Origin: the human T2T-CHM13v2.0 reference genome, Homo sapiens
Assembly (NCBI RefSeq): GCF_009914755.1
Contig: NC_060928.1
Reading direction: 5' to 3' (one strand)
DNA: 64,000 bases
Of the stretch, positions 1 to 14,067 are shown piece by piece (the first letter of the stretch is position 1; every line of letters begins with the position of its first letter). The notes beneath the pieces are model-generated. The model did no database searches and was not told where the DNA came from. It worked only from the letters and a program-made list of their open reading frames with translations. Position numbers and translations under genes: made by a program.

Positions 1-212
1 TCCCCTCTTCTTAAAATCTCAGAAGACTGAGCAATTTTGAAACGGTGTACTGGGGGAGGAGTGGGGCTCCATTTACATGCTTCTCTGTTTTGCAAGGGAA
101 GGAAGATTTCACTGTATCCCATGTTAATCTATTACCAGGCTTGCTTTCAAAATCAGAGGAGTCTGTGTTAGTTTTTTTAAAAAAGAGTTGAAGATTAAAG
201 ATATGTTCATAA

Positions 213-655
<443 letters not shown>

Positions 656-1099
656 TTATAAGAAAGCCTTTTTCCACTTTAAATGCAAAATATCTCAGCA
701 AGCTCACAGTGACAGCATTGGGTTGGATTGTGCTATTTACAGAAGAACTATATTGTTTCATCATCATAATCAGTTCTGCCAAGTTCTAATGAAGACAATG
801 CATGAAGAGATATGCCCAATTCACTGGAAAAAAGTGATAAGGAGTATTTAGCTGCTGTGATGCATTCTTAGTGTGAGGACTGCTTGAAGAGGTCAGGTCT
901 TTTGGCTAAGAATGTTGGCTTTCTGCTTCTCCAACCCCAGTTACCTGCATTTGACAAACCCTATCAGATTTTAAATGATCAAATTAAACATTGCTTCATT
1001 CTGAACAATAGTAGGCCATTAAAACTCCTAAGAAGGCTAAACACTGCTTTTTTTCCTTTTTTATTTTTGCTTTCACTCATTTTCTTTCTTTGAGAAGAA

Positions 1100-1275
1100 T
1101 ATATAGTGATCAATTGGTAGAGTAAGACTGCCTGGGCCCAAATTCCAGTTCCATCCCTTCATAGTTATGTGACCCTGGGCGAGTTACTTAGCCTCTCTGA
1201 GCTTCAATTTCCTCATGTAAAAAATAATATGTAAGGTGCTTACAATAGTGCCTTGCACAAGGTGAGTACTGTAAA
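1100..1275 (+). mobile_element. MIR SINE
   Basis: TGTGACCCTGGGCGAGTTACTTAGCCTCTCTGAGCTTCAATTTCCTCAT matches the MIR core. Confidence 0.75.
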
Positions 1276-4237
1276 ACTGTGAGCAGCTGCTGTTGCTTTA
1301 TTAAGCCAACACTGGCTGAGCACTACAGACAGCAATGGAAGAATGATTTGGAGGGAGGTCAGACAGACCTGACTTTAAATCCTACCACTTATTTACTTCA
1401 TGAAGTTTCCTCATCTGAAAAATGGGGCTAGTAACACCTCCTAGCAGAACTGTTATAGACAGATTTCATGGCTGGCATTTATGTCCTAACACTGTGTGGT
1501 AGCAGGCCGAACTCCAGGCCCTGGGGCCAGAACGTCTGTGAGACTTGGGGCAAATTGCTAACCCTCCTGAGGTTCAGTTCTCTTATAAGTAAATGGCAGT
1601 AAAAGCAGTAAGGAGTTCACAGCATTGCTACGATGACCATGTGAAATAAAGCACAGAAAGCATAGTCAGGACTCCATAAACGTTGTTTAAAATTGTAAGA
1701 CAGGCACTATTCTCCAAGAGCCAGTGTGCATTACACTGAAAAGTGGAAAAAAAAATCCTAATTCAAAAAAGACATACTTAGTATTTGAACAAACAAAAAA
1801 GTAAAAAGTACTTGCTCTTGAAAGAAAACCTCTTCCTAGGGAAGCCAGAGTAGTCAGCTGTGACAGGAAGATTTACCTGCAGCTGCAAAATCAATCTCTC
1901 CATAATCATTCACAAAATCCCACTGCCTCTTCTTTTTGTAATCTCTGAAATTCATCTATTCTCCTTTTCCTACACTAATTTCTCATCCAGTCTATTACTA
2001 TTTTGTTTGTATTTTTTACAATGACAAATACGAAACAAAACCTCTGGTTCATCATCCAATTTGCAATCACCTGTCTGCATTCTAGTCACTGTGTCTTCCT
2101 CACCCAATCTAATACTGGCTGCTATAATCAGTTTAAATTTTCTTTCGTCATTGTCAAGATACAGTGATGTGAGTGCTTAAAACATGTCTTCTAATTTCTT
2201 AATTAATTTCATTTTATATTCCTTATTTTTCTCAAATATATCCCCTTTCAACAACGTCTCCTAGGAAAAGTCCATTCCTATGAAAAATCAACTGCTTAGC
2301 TGAAGTTGCATGTTTTTTGTTCTTTTCTGTCTCTAAACAAGCCTATGAGGATATTAATTAGATTTGTGTGAGAAAGAGCAAGGGGAAAATGTGTCAGCTG
2401 TCACCATCTAAGCTTAGCTCTATGGAGCTTTAGAATCAGTCCTCAAGACAGAATGACAGTAATTGGAGATATTAGGATTCTGGAGCTGCACATGTCCCCC
2501 AGGGAAGGCACCAGTAGAGGCAAAGGTACAGTGAGGCTGAGGCAGGAAATCAGTAGGAATTCCAGAAGCAGGGGGCTACCACAAGGAAGGAACAGCCGGT
2601 GGGCCGAATGTGAGAAGTCTGATTGCCAAACGAGACCTGCAGGTACGGCTCTGGGTGGAGTGACCTGTTTACCGGATCACATGTCCAATGCGGTTGTCAC
2701 CATTGCAGAGCAGCACGACTTCTAAAATGTTACTTTTGGATAAGTGGCCAGTATGGATGGACAGTCACTGTCAGATGCAAGCATCCATTACTGCCATAAT
2801 ATCAGTACTGCTCAAATTTCTGAAAAGAAGTCCAGGGCTAAGAACATGTCTGCATTGGGACAATTTTATTTTACAAAAAACCCTATCAGTCATTGAAATA
2901 AATGGCCTTTAGATGTTAGTTGAACTGTTACTTTAAGCTAGGTAAATTTTCTGTTTCCCATGCCTTCTCAGTGCTCCATCTTAACTTCATCTGCCAAGCA
3001 ACTCACTCTAAGCAAAGAAAACACAGAAGAGAGCTTCTTATGCTACTGATAGAGAGCAGGAAATAAATGAGGCAAAAAGAAACTCATACTCTCCAAAATG
3101 GAAGAACCTAAAGACCAGTGCTTCCATCGGACAGGGGCAAGAAAACAGCACTGCAAACCAAATCTCAGCATGGGTGGGATTTCATGTGTTTCATGTTTGG
3201 CAGCTTTACATTTACAAAATTTCCCTATTAAAACAGTTGCATTTTTATCTTCCAAAAATTATTGGTGAAAAACCCTGAATACTGGTTAAAGGAATATAAA
3301 AATATAGGCAAAGACAAAATAGAGGTCTGTGAGGTCCACAATATTTTAGAACAGAGAAATAATAATTGAACTATTCTTTAATGTGTGTATGTAAGTACGC
3401 GTGTGTGTACCTACTTAGAGAATTAACTGATAGATTTTTAAGTTATTCCTTTAGAGATAGACACTTTTCATGTATGTTTAAAGAACAACTTACTCTGATT
3501 CCTTCAACAGTGCCTGCACACACCCTCATTCAATATCAACGGAATAGAAAAGGTTTGCTGTTTTGTTTATACCCTGTGGAGAATTCAGTTTAATTTTCAA
3601 AACCGTAAACTGTTCCACTTATGCCCTAGGGCTCTCAGAACTTTATGGTCACTCTGCATTCAATACTGTTTCACTGTCAAAGTATAATTACGTGTTTGTA
3701 TCAAAGAAAGCAAACGCAGTCGGCTTCCCAAAAGCTTGCTTCAGTTTGGCCATTTACGTTAATTGCACAGTCACAACACATGGGCAAGAGGCACCACTGC
3801 AGTGCAATAATTTGAGCTCTGAGTTTCTCTGCTGTTCTGAACTCTTCAGAGAAAAGGGACTAAAATAATCCAAAGTAGTTATACATATTATTGGCCAAAT
3901 TCCCTGAAGGCTTATTCTTCTTTGGAAAAAAGCCTAAAGGCAACATACATAATAACTGAGGGATTAAATAGTGATTCCTGCGTCACGGCTATAAACGTTA
4001 CGGACCTTGTTTCCTGGAAACAACAACGTAATTTTGAAACCAATGCACAAGGTGACTGAGGGATTCAATTCAGTTCCTGTTCAATAGTTATATGCACCAT
4101 TACTGGTTTTCCTTGCATTTCCTGACTGTTCTGGTCTTCATTTCCTGAGACAAATGATTTTATGACAGTCCTCAGCCCTCAATGTGCTCCTAATCCTGCC
4201 TTTCTACCTCAGAGCAGGAAGAAGAAACATAGCCTAA

Positions 4238-4541
<304 letters not shown>

Positions 4542-6442
4542 GAAATTATTTTTTACATAGTATGTTAGCTACACTTATAAGTATCATGCCCAATATATTT
4601 CTTCTTCCATCTTCAGATGAAGGGACTCTACATTTAAAACAGCAGGTACAATAGGTAATCTGGAAAATATATGTATAGTAAATATAATAATATACCACTT
4701 TCTTTTTGTTTTCAAACCTTTTTAGACCCCCTGAAGATGTTTAATTATATTATCCAAAAACAAATGTATCCTATGTTTTCTGACTTTTAAGACACTGCCA
4801 TGAAAGGCATACTCCAAATGAACTGCCAGAATGGCTCATCACAGATGGGGAACCAAATAATAGTACTACATAATTTCCCCCTCCAACCATAGGGCGATTT
4901 CCCAGAAACTCAAAAAGCACACAGAGCCAATTCTTTTGCATTTGTATAACTAGGAAATAGGATTTTTAGATAACCACTTTTTTCCCCTAACAGGAAAAAC
5001 ATCATCAATAACCATACTCAAAAAATAATTTGAATGACTCTCACTGGAAATTCTTTAGGCTCAACACCACAATCTCAAATTAAGCCCTTTTTTCTCTTGC
5101 CCTCCTCCTCTTCCTTTTCTACTCAGAACTATCTACAGGTTTGATTTACATGTTGGTGGTGTTGGTTTTAGTAAGGAATGCTGGCTTTACCTTGTTTGGA
5201 AATTATAAAGCTGAAGTCACAGGAGGTGTTGAACCAAACTAAGACACAGCATCATAAAAAGACGTGAGTGTGAAGGGCAAAATGAGGACCCTGATCAGTA
5301 GGAAACTGATGTCACAGGAAGACAGTCCATTTTTCCCTTCTTTTTTTCCCCAAAGGCAAAAAAAAAACCTCTGAGAATGGCCACAACGTTGGTTGTAAAG
5401 CCCACTGGTCAGAGTGGCAGAATGTGTACACACGATTCATAGGAATATGCACAAAGCTACGTGGTTCAAATCCCTCACATGACTCAGATTCCTTTCTGGG
5501 CATCTATGGAAACTACAAAGGCAACTGAATAAAGCTTTACTAAAATATGCATAAATGGAGACTGAATAAAGATTAAAATTATGCTCTTTGGAAATGTAAA
5601 AGAAAATCAAGTTAACAGATTTTATACCCCTGCCTCCCAATCCTATGTCTGTACATATACACCTAATTTCTATTTCTTAATAAATAGTTTAATGTGATGT
5701 GGGTAATACTGTCCCTAATTTGAATCATGATATTTAAATTTAAGTAGAATGCATATTCAAATAGAATACACCCATTTCATTCCTAGGCACAAACCAGAAA
5801 TAAATGACAAACAAATACTATTCAGTACTCTTGAATGTTCATCATTTTAATGACAATATCAGCTTAGCAGATAACCGTTTCCACGACCTTGAGTACTATT
5901 ACATTTTCCCAAATAACTGAAAACATTTTCTTATAATTCACCCGGATTTGTAGCAATATTATATATTCCAAAATATCTGTTCAAGCTATATATTCTGAAA
6001 GATGACGAATATATAGGATATAACTTTTTCTCAGGAAACAAAACCAAATAAAGAGTTTTACCCTTTTTAAAAGAGGAAATCTGCAGAGAAAATAGATTAA
6101 TTCAAAACCAAGGTAAATACTAGGGATACAATATTTCAAAAATAATGTCAATAACTATTTTAACTCTAACAGTATTAAATTATGTCAACCATGGAAACAA
6201 AATGGACCTTCAAAATAACGAAAAACACTTTTTTCCCCCAGCAAGTCTGCTCTCAAATGCCTGAGAACTGAATTGGTCCTAAAGGACGCGCAGGCTTCTG
6301 ATCAGCAGAGAAGCATCTCACAGACAATTCTAGTACAGAGGTCACATGAACTAGAGTGTATACTTAGGAATAAGCCTGGAGAACAAAGAGGTGAAATGAT
6401 GGTGAAATAAAGATTCACTTTGTCAAAATTTGGGTTGGACAG

Positions 6443-7425
6443 TGTGGTAGATTGTATTTGACAAATGTCATCACAGTATCTCCCATCTTATACATCCTTC
6501 ATGTATAAGGATGTGACAAAGACATTCCTTATAATGTGACAAAGACATTCTTCCCATAAAGAGGAGAGGTCTACAGCCCTCTCTTTCCACCTGACTGAGC
6601 AGAACTTTGTGACTTCCTTTGCCAATATAATATGGCAAAGTGATGTTCTGTAACTTCTGAGGGTTAGATCATAAAAATAGCTTGCTGTCTCATTATGCTC
6701 ATCCTTGGGGCTGTATTAGCCTATTTTCATACTGCTATGAAGAAATACCCGAGACTGGGTAATTTATAAAGAAAAAGAGGTTTAATGGACTCACAGTTTC
6801 ACATGGCTGGAAAGGCCTCACAGTCATGATGGAAGGTGAAGGAGGAGCAAAGGCATGTCTTACATGGCGGCAGGCAAGACAGCATGTACAGGGGAACTGC
6901 CCTTTATAAAGCCATGAGATCTGGTGAGACTTACTCACTCTCATGAGAACAGCATGGGAAAAACTGGCCCCGATGATCAATTAACTCCCACCAGGTCCCT
7001 CCCACGACATGTGGGCATTATGGGAGCTACAATTCAAGATGAGATTTGGGTGGGGACACAACCAAACCATATCAGGGGCGTAGCCACCATGCTCTAAGGA
7101 ATTCCAAACTAGCCAGGTGGACAGACAATACAGAGAGGCCACATAGAGGTGCTCCAATCAACATCCCAGATGAGGTCTCTGTGGAGAGTCAGCACCAACT
7201 GCCTGACATGTGAGTGAAGATGGTGCCAGACTGCCCCAGCCATCAAATCATCCCAAGCTCTTGAGTATTCTCTAAGATCCCAGATACTGGGGATCAAAGA
7301 TAAGTCCTCCCCACTATGCTCTGTCCAAATTCCTGACCCACAGAATCTGTGAGCATAAAAAATTGGTTGTTTTATGGCACTTAGGTTCTGGGGCAGTTGT
7401 TTATACAACAAAAGTAACTGGAACA
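6443..7425 (+). mobile_element. MLT1 (MaLR) solo LTR interrupted by THE1
   Basis: Termini TGTGGTAGATTG ... GTAACTGGAACA. MLT1-type 3' motifs AAATTCCTGACCCACAGAATCTGTGAGCATAA and GGTTGTTTTATGGCACT. TSD GACAG/GACAC. Confidence 0.8.
6712..7074 (-). mobile_element. THE1 (THE1C/D-like) solo LTR
   Basis: Minus strand begins TGATATGGTTTGG and ends AATACA, with internal CCCGAGACTGGGTAATTTATAAAG (+). Perfect 5-bp TSD GGGGC at 6707-6711 / 7075-7079. Confidence 0.93.
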
Positions 7426-7715
7426 GACACCTATGGTGAGACAAGTATTGGAATTCATATATGACCAGACTAAAAGGTGTAATGAGAAATCATGTTAGAT
7501 TCTTAAGCAAGGTGATTTTGTAATCAGAGTATAAGACACTAGAGGAAAGAAGTTAAGAAGAAAAATCATTTTTAAAAATTCTAGTATTGGCCTAGTCTAA
7601 TGCCATTTCAGTGGGAGGAGATGAAAGAGAAGGAGGGAAGATATATTTAATAGGAAGAGTTTGAAGAGTCAATAAAGCTTAATGCTAATGGAGCTTAAAA
7701 GATAAGTGAGAAGAG

Positions 7716-7717
<2 letters not shown>

Positions 7718-7759
<42 letters not shown>
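7718..7759 (+). repeat. (CA)n microsatellite
   Basis: About 21 uninterrupted AC units. Confidence 0.97.
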
Positions 7760-7763
<4 letters not shown>

Positions 7764-7874
7764 CTAGGTGCCAGTGGCAAGCAGGACAAACAGAAAGGGC
7801 AACCAATTGCCAAGGGGTGGGAGAAGAAACCTACCTTGCCACCTTGCTTACCCCATGCTCTCTCTATACATAAA

Positions 7875-8190
7875 ATTAGTAAATATGTTGTTCAAATTTT
7901 CTGCATCCTTCAAATGATTTACTTTGCTTGATCTATTTATCTCTGATGAAGGTGTGCTAACATCTCCTACTATAAGTATAGATTTCTAAAAGTTTCATAG
8001 TGAGTCTACTAGGTTTTCTTTTTTTGTTTAAGATCTACCATGTAGGTATAGCACAATCATGATTGGAGCATCTTCTTAGTGGAATACCCCTGTTAATAAT
8101 AATATCTGACTTTATCCCTATTAATGCTTTTGCTTTAATTTGAATTTTGTTCAGTATTCTGTTATTGATAAGGCCAGCTTGCTTTTAATT
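7875..8190 (-). mobile_element. old L1M fragment (ORF2 endonuclease region)
   Basis: TTGATCTATTTATCTCTGATGAAGGTGTGCTAACATCTCCTACTATAA resembles antisense L1 ORF2 sequence. Confidence 0.55.
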
Positions 8191-8664
8191 AGTAGAGGGT
8201 ATGTACAAAAGCAGTGTATTGACATCAACTTAATTAGTACTACAGATGAACTATATGCAAATAATCTTACTTCCTGGTTTAGTAAATAAAGGCTTATATT
8301 AAACTGCTAAATCAGATCTGTATACATCTATAATATTTATTTAATGTTAATGCCCCCTCTTTGATGCCCCACTAAAACACAGAATTCTTCAGGTATTGAA
8401 GACAGATACCTATACTAGATAGCCAGAGTTGAAATTATGCTCTTTATCCTGGTTTATAGAAATAAACTACCATATTTATTTTAAATAGAATTGACACTTC
8501 CTTGTTACAATAATACAAAATCAACAGCCCAGCTGAACAGGAGGCCAAGGAGTGGTACTTCAGGAAACCTTTCCTTTTCTTTCTCTCTTCTCTGTATGTG
8601 CATATTTTCCTCTTTTTTTGGCGTTAATAAAATTCAAAGGTTTTATTTGCTTTCTAGCTATTGC

Positions 8665-9055
8665 TTTTTATTTTTATTAAAAATTTTTTATTTTAGGCTT
8701 GGAGGTACATGTGAAAGTTTTTTACATAGATAAACATGTGTCATGGGGGTTTGTTGTACATATTATTACATCAACCAGGTATTAAGCTCAGTGCTCAACA
8801 GTTATCTTTTCTGCTCCTCTCCTTCCTCCCACCCTCCCCCTCAAGTAGACGCCAGTTGTCTGTTGTTGCCTTGCGTTCATAAGTTCTTATCATTTAGCTC
8901 GCACTTATAAGTTAGAACATGCAGTATTTGGTTTTCTGTTCCTGAATTAGTTCAGTAAGGATGACATCCTCCAGCTTCATCCATGTTTCTGCAAAAGACA
9001 TGACCATGGTTTTTATGACTGCATAATATTCCATGGTGTATATATACTGCATTTT
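8665..9055 (-). mobile_element. L1 3' end (older L1PA/L1PB)
   Basis: T-rich tail followed by GGAGGTACATGTG...CATTTAGCTCGCACTTATAAG...CCAGCTTCATCCATG...TATTCCATGGTGTATATATAC. Confidence 0.85.
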
Positions 9056-9666
9056 CCATGTGCATATTTTTCTACTACTCCTTTGTACCTCCTCCTTTCC
9101 CTCTCCATCTTTATCCAGCCTCTCCTTTATCCTACTCTATGGGGCTAATTACCTACTTTCACCTTACATCTCTAATGACTTCTTTCACTTCTCTTTCTAT
9201 CTACCTTTTCTTTCTTTTTCCCCCATTTCTTTTAACTTTCAACATAATGAAATCACATCTTTTTTGAAATGCTGGTTGTACAGTAGCTAATAAGTAATGT
9301 TTTATAGGTCCTGCTCTCATTTTTAAGATCATTCAAGCGTTTATGTTTACTTTTAAAATCACAATGCGCTATTTTTCTTCCATATAGCCCTTGATTAATT
9401 TTTTTACTGTGGGTCAGTGATTTGCATTGGGAAAAAATTCCTCACCCAACATAAGTTGGACTGGAAGAATGTGTCTGTAATGAGGGTAGTTACATCTTTT
9501 GTAACACTGTTTCATGGACTTTTTTTTTTATTAACAGGAAAAAGTACGTGCTTACAGGATCAATTCTGAATTCCTCAGTCTGGTAATCAAGGCATCCTCT
9601 AGCGAGTCCCAGCAGTGGCGGGCAATGTCCCTTCATTTGAGGACATGTGCCTGCCCTTTACAGAGC

Positions 9667-9915
9667 AGTGTGCTTTAGTGGAAGGAAGATGAGCTCTGAA
9701 GTCCACCAGAGTAGGTTTTCATATCATCTTTGTCACTTACTAGATGAGTAAACTATAGACAAATTAATTAAACTTTCTGAGCCTCCATTTGGTCATATAT
9801 AAACTGAGATGTCAAAAACTACTTTTCATTTTCAGTGAATTGTAAGGATCAAATATGCTACCTAATGTCCATAACGTGCCTACCACATAGCAGGCATTTA
9901 TTGTACAGTAGCTGT
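9667..9915 (+). mobile_element. MIR SINE
   Basis: Degenerate MIR core (CACTTACTAG...AACTTTCTGAGCCTCCATTT) with a MIR-type 3' end. Confidence 0.65.
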
Positions 9916-10362
9916 TCCCACTCTCAGCCCCCCGGCATATACACTGTGTCCTGAAACTCATCTGAGCGATCCAGTCTCCTGATTTCTTCTTCTCACTCCA
10001 TGAAAGGAAAAGATGACAGATAAAACGATTAGGTTATCAGAATGATCAGAATTTGGGGGAGGTTAAAGCCAACTTGAAGGAGAAACTGGGCTTGAAAGAA
10101 CCTGAACCTGTTTGTGTAAGTTATATTAGATATTAGCATGACAACTTAATGTCCTTTCTTATCTTATAATACTGATAAAACCTTAGGAGAAATTTGCTTG
10201 GTAGGCATTGCATTTAAAAAGTAAAATAAAGGAAAGCAATTCAACGGGAAATTCAACTACGTCTTTTTTTAAATGTTGGTTACCTGCAAATTTGGCAACT
10301 CTGCAGTTGTCAAGAATTGCTGTAATATCACCTCAGAAATATAAAGTGTAGAAACACTTTGC

Positions 10363-10366
<4 letters not shown>

Positions 10367-10396
<30 letters not shown>
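10367..10396 (+). repeat. (CA)n microsatellite
   Basis: About 15 AC units. Confidence 0.95.
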
Positions 10397-10399
<3 letters not shown>

Positions 10400-11649
10400 A
10401 AAAGAGAGTAGAGGAAGAGAGGGGAGGAAGGTAGAACGGGGAGAAATGGGGGCAAGAGAGTATAAGAATATATAAATCCTTACTAGGCTTCTACACCGGT
10501 CAGCAGTAAAACACACTTACGTGTCCAGAACCACAGTTTTCACCTTCCGGGCTAGATGTATATGTTTTCTTAGGGATGAAAACTCTTCCAACAACATACT
10601 CCATAATTCTCTGAGACACAAGGGAGAAAACCAGACCTCAGCTTCTAGTATTTTACATAATTGCTAACAAAGTCTCTAGGAAACACTCAGATGAATTTTC
10701 TTGCCGACCTAACCTCTTTGAAGATTGGTCTCTAGGAAGGCAATGTCCAGTGAGGTGTTCTATGGCCCAGAGGCCCTCAGAAATGCAAAGGAAGAAAAGC
10801 TAGTTGCTACTTCTTGTGTTGCCTAGGTTGGACTCCAGAAACCTCAAGACAGATAAATCTGACATAGCAGGCAGACAGCAGGAGTGGGTAATGAGCTCTT
10901 CCACCATGGGATTTGGTGGGCTCTGTCTGCCTCTAGGAATACGTCAAATCAAGAGATAATAGGTAGGATTCCTACTACTATTGCCTCTGAAAGAGTCAGA
11001 AACTATGGACCAGCGACTCTGGTTTAACCTTAGTTAAGGGCATGGGTACTTGTTGTTTAGAGGGGCAGAGGAGAGGGGTCTTGGATTCCCAGCCAACTGG
11101 GGGGAGGGGGAAGAATCCTGAGCAAGAAAGACGGTAGGAACAGCTCTAAAAGGAAAATAAAAGTGACCGAAAACTTACGACTTGTGTCAAGAAAACAAAC
11201 ATGATCAAGGAAAAGTGTCCTGGGGACTTACAAGTAGAAAAGACCTACTAATTTTCTAATAACTCACTGCATTTCTGACCTAATTTTGGCAGTGTGAAGC
11301 CTACTGTGTAGATATCTACCCAATTCATAATGAAGAAACTCCTTGTAATCGTGTGAAGGTACAGAAGACCACTGGGAGTGCCCCTATTAGAAGAAACAGT
11401 ACAGGATACTCCCATAATCTAATTTGTCTTTCTCTAATCTTGGAATATTTACCAAATTATACCCAGAATATTTTTTGTCTTCTTGTCAAACTCTTACTTT
11501 CGTTCTACTTTACTCAAGATACCTGAAGGCAAATCTACAGCAACATGTCATAGAGTTCTGCTCTCAGGCCTATTGTCATGCTTTTAATTAGTAACACATC
11601 GATGCCACCACCATCATATTTATAGATGACAAAAAACTGGAGACAGGGC

Positions 11650-12038
11650 TGCTAGTGCTCATGCAATATCTTTCTTCAATAGAGCACATCTTTACCTAGG
11701 CACATGGACATCTTGAAAAAAATCAGCATCTTCCAGCCTCCTTTGTAGCTCAGTGCTGGTCTAGGTGCTGACAAAAGGCAAGTGTGACAATGTTAACATG
11801 TGACTTCTTACTAGTCCCAGGGGGCAGCTTGAGCAGCCCCTAGAATGTGCCTTGAAGATAGAGGAGGAAGAACATTAAGAAAAGCTTGGGTCATTGAACA
11901 TCACAAAGCTGCTGGAATAACCCTGGAGAGTAAAATTCTATGCTTCATTTTCATGAGAGGGAAGCTTCTACTGGGTTTAAGTCAGTATTACTTGGATTTT
12001 CTGTTATTTGTAGTGCACCTAAGCTTAAGACTAATAAC
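11650..12038 (+). mobile_element. ancient MLT1 (J/K/L-like) LTR
   Basis: CATCTTCCAGCCTCCTTTGTAGCT and 3' GTTTAAGTCAGTATTACTTGGATTTTCTGTTATTTGTAG motifs. Confidence 0.6.
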
Positions 12039-12329
12039 TAATATGGTGGATAACTAAATCAGGATATAAAAAGACATAAAATTTTAAGTAGCAGAAAAGA
12101 TGGGTGGATGTAACCAAACAAAATTTAATGAGATAGATGGGAAAAAACCCACCTCTACATTTACTGATGCACAAAGCCTATCATATAAGCATAGGAGATG
12201 GAAGCTTATCTTAGCAGCATACTTAGAAAGCAATTTTAGAGGCTCATGACCACCAACTCAAAATAATAGTGATGTGGCAGCCCAGAGAGCCAATGTGTCT
12301 TCAAGTTACACACATAAAACATGATACCT

Positions 12330-12645
12330 AAGTGCTGGGTTCATGGCCTCAGATGGCTACAGGGTCTATAAATGTAGGGAGTAAGTCAAGAAGACACAAT
12401 GTAACTGGTGAATGCCTGCCCTATCTTTAGACGGAGCAGCTGCTCAGCTCCTGGTGATTGTTGCTTTTCAGGAATGATGGCCAATGGTTTTTTGTTTTGT
12501 TTTTTTTTCCAGAGAAGCTGGAAATCTGGATTTCTATGTAACATCTCCACTTTTCCCAAACATTGGTTATTAATTTGAAAATTTTAAATAAAAGCTACAG
12601 ATACTATAAGAAGCCATAGGAGGTCTGTTGGCTGCTTGTTTTCAG
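12330..12645 (+). mobile_element. MER102 (hAT-Charlie) DNA transposon relic
   Basis: GCAGCTGCTCAGCTCCTGGTGATTGTTGC...AGAGAAGCTGGAAATCTGGATTTCTATGTAACATCTCC. Confidence 0.7.
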
Positions 12646-12787
12646 ATAACCTTTCAGATGGCAAGGGCTGAAAGCTCCACTCTATTCTACTTGGTGAGTC
12701 CACACCTGGAATATCACATCTGGGTAGTAACTTGAAGGAAAAATCTTAAGAAGGAATAGAGGCAAATAGTAAAGGCGATTGAGGTCT

Positions 12788-12990
12788 AGTTTCTGGAGTC
12801 AGGGAGAAACACAGTTTGAATTCCAGCTCTGTTCCTTACTAGCAATGTAGCTTCGAGCAATTTTCTCAGCCTCTGGAAGGTCTAGCTTTCTTATCTGTAA
12901 TGTGGGGGATAATTGTAGCATCTACCCAATTAGGACTGATGTGAGGATTAAATGAGTTAACGAGCTAAGCCCATGCTGGACACATTTTAT
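12788..12990 (+). mobile_element. MIR SINE
   Basis: TCTGGAGTCAG...TTTGAATTCCAGCTCTG...CTTATCTGTAA...GTGAGGATTAAATGAG. Confidence 0.75.
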
Positions 12991-13749
12991 GCTAAACAGG
13001 AAGTGAGACAACTCAAAAATAGGTTTTATAAGGAACTGTAGGAATTTGAGATTTTTCTTTACGTTAAAAAAAATCAAATGACAACATGATATTTGCCTTC
13101 AAATATTTAAATATCTGTGGAGGTTGTTCAGCCTTGTGTCTGAGGTCCAAGGGCAGGATGGGAAACAGTGGATAACAGTTAAAGGGGAGACATTTGGATC
13201 CAGAAAAAGAAATGATCAAACAGTTAAGTAGACTCCACTGTTTCAAAAAACAGTAAGGTAGTTTCCTTTTCACTGAAGGAAAGCAAACCTAAATTAGATA
13301 ACCACTGGACCGGTACACAGGAGGGGGATCAAGTGTTGAGCTAGAGTAGGTGTAGGAATTAGACGAACTAGATGACCTAAGGTCCTTTCCAACCCTGAGA
13401 CTTCAGTGATGATGTAACAAGGAGGCAAATACATTCAATTTCTCAGACATCCTATAAGACAGACCCACTGACTCATATGAAACAAGCTACCAACACACAA
13501 AAGAACTACAAGAATAGGCCAGTAATTCAGACATGCCAAAAAGGAATCACCACCACGGGTTTCACTGATGGTGCCAAACAGAGATACACAATATACACAT
13601 ATATGGTGCCAAACAGAGATACACAACAAACACATATACACAATATCCAAGGCCAACATATCTGACTGCAATCTCAGTAGGTATACTAAGCTGTTATTCA
13701 TTATACTGACTTAAGTCAAGCTAGGGTGACCATAAAAGCTCTCAGATCT

Positions 13750-14067
<318 letters not shown>

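Larger units (their letters stand above)
12110..13410 (+). mobile_element. L3/CR1 LINE relic interrupted by MER102 and MIR
   Basis: GTGATGTGGCAGCCCAGAGAGCCAATG, GTCCACACCTGGAATATC, GCCTTCAAATATTTAAA and the 3' end AGATGACCTAAGGTCCTTTCCAACCCTGAGA. Confidence 0.6.
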
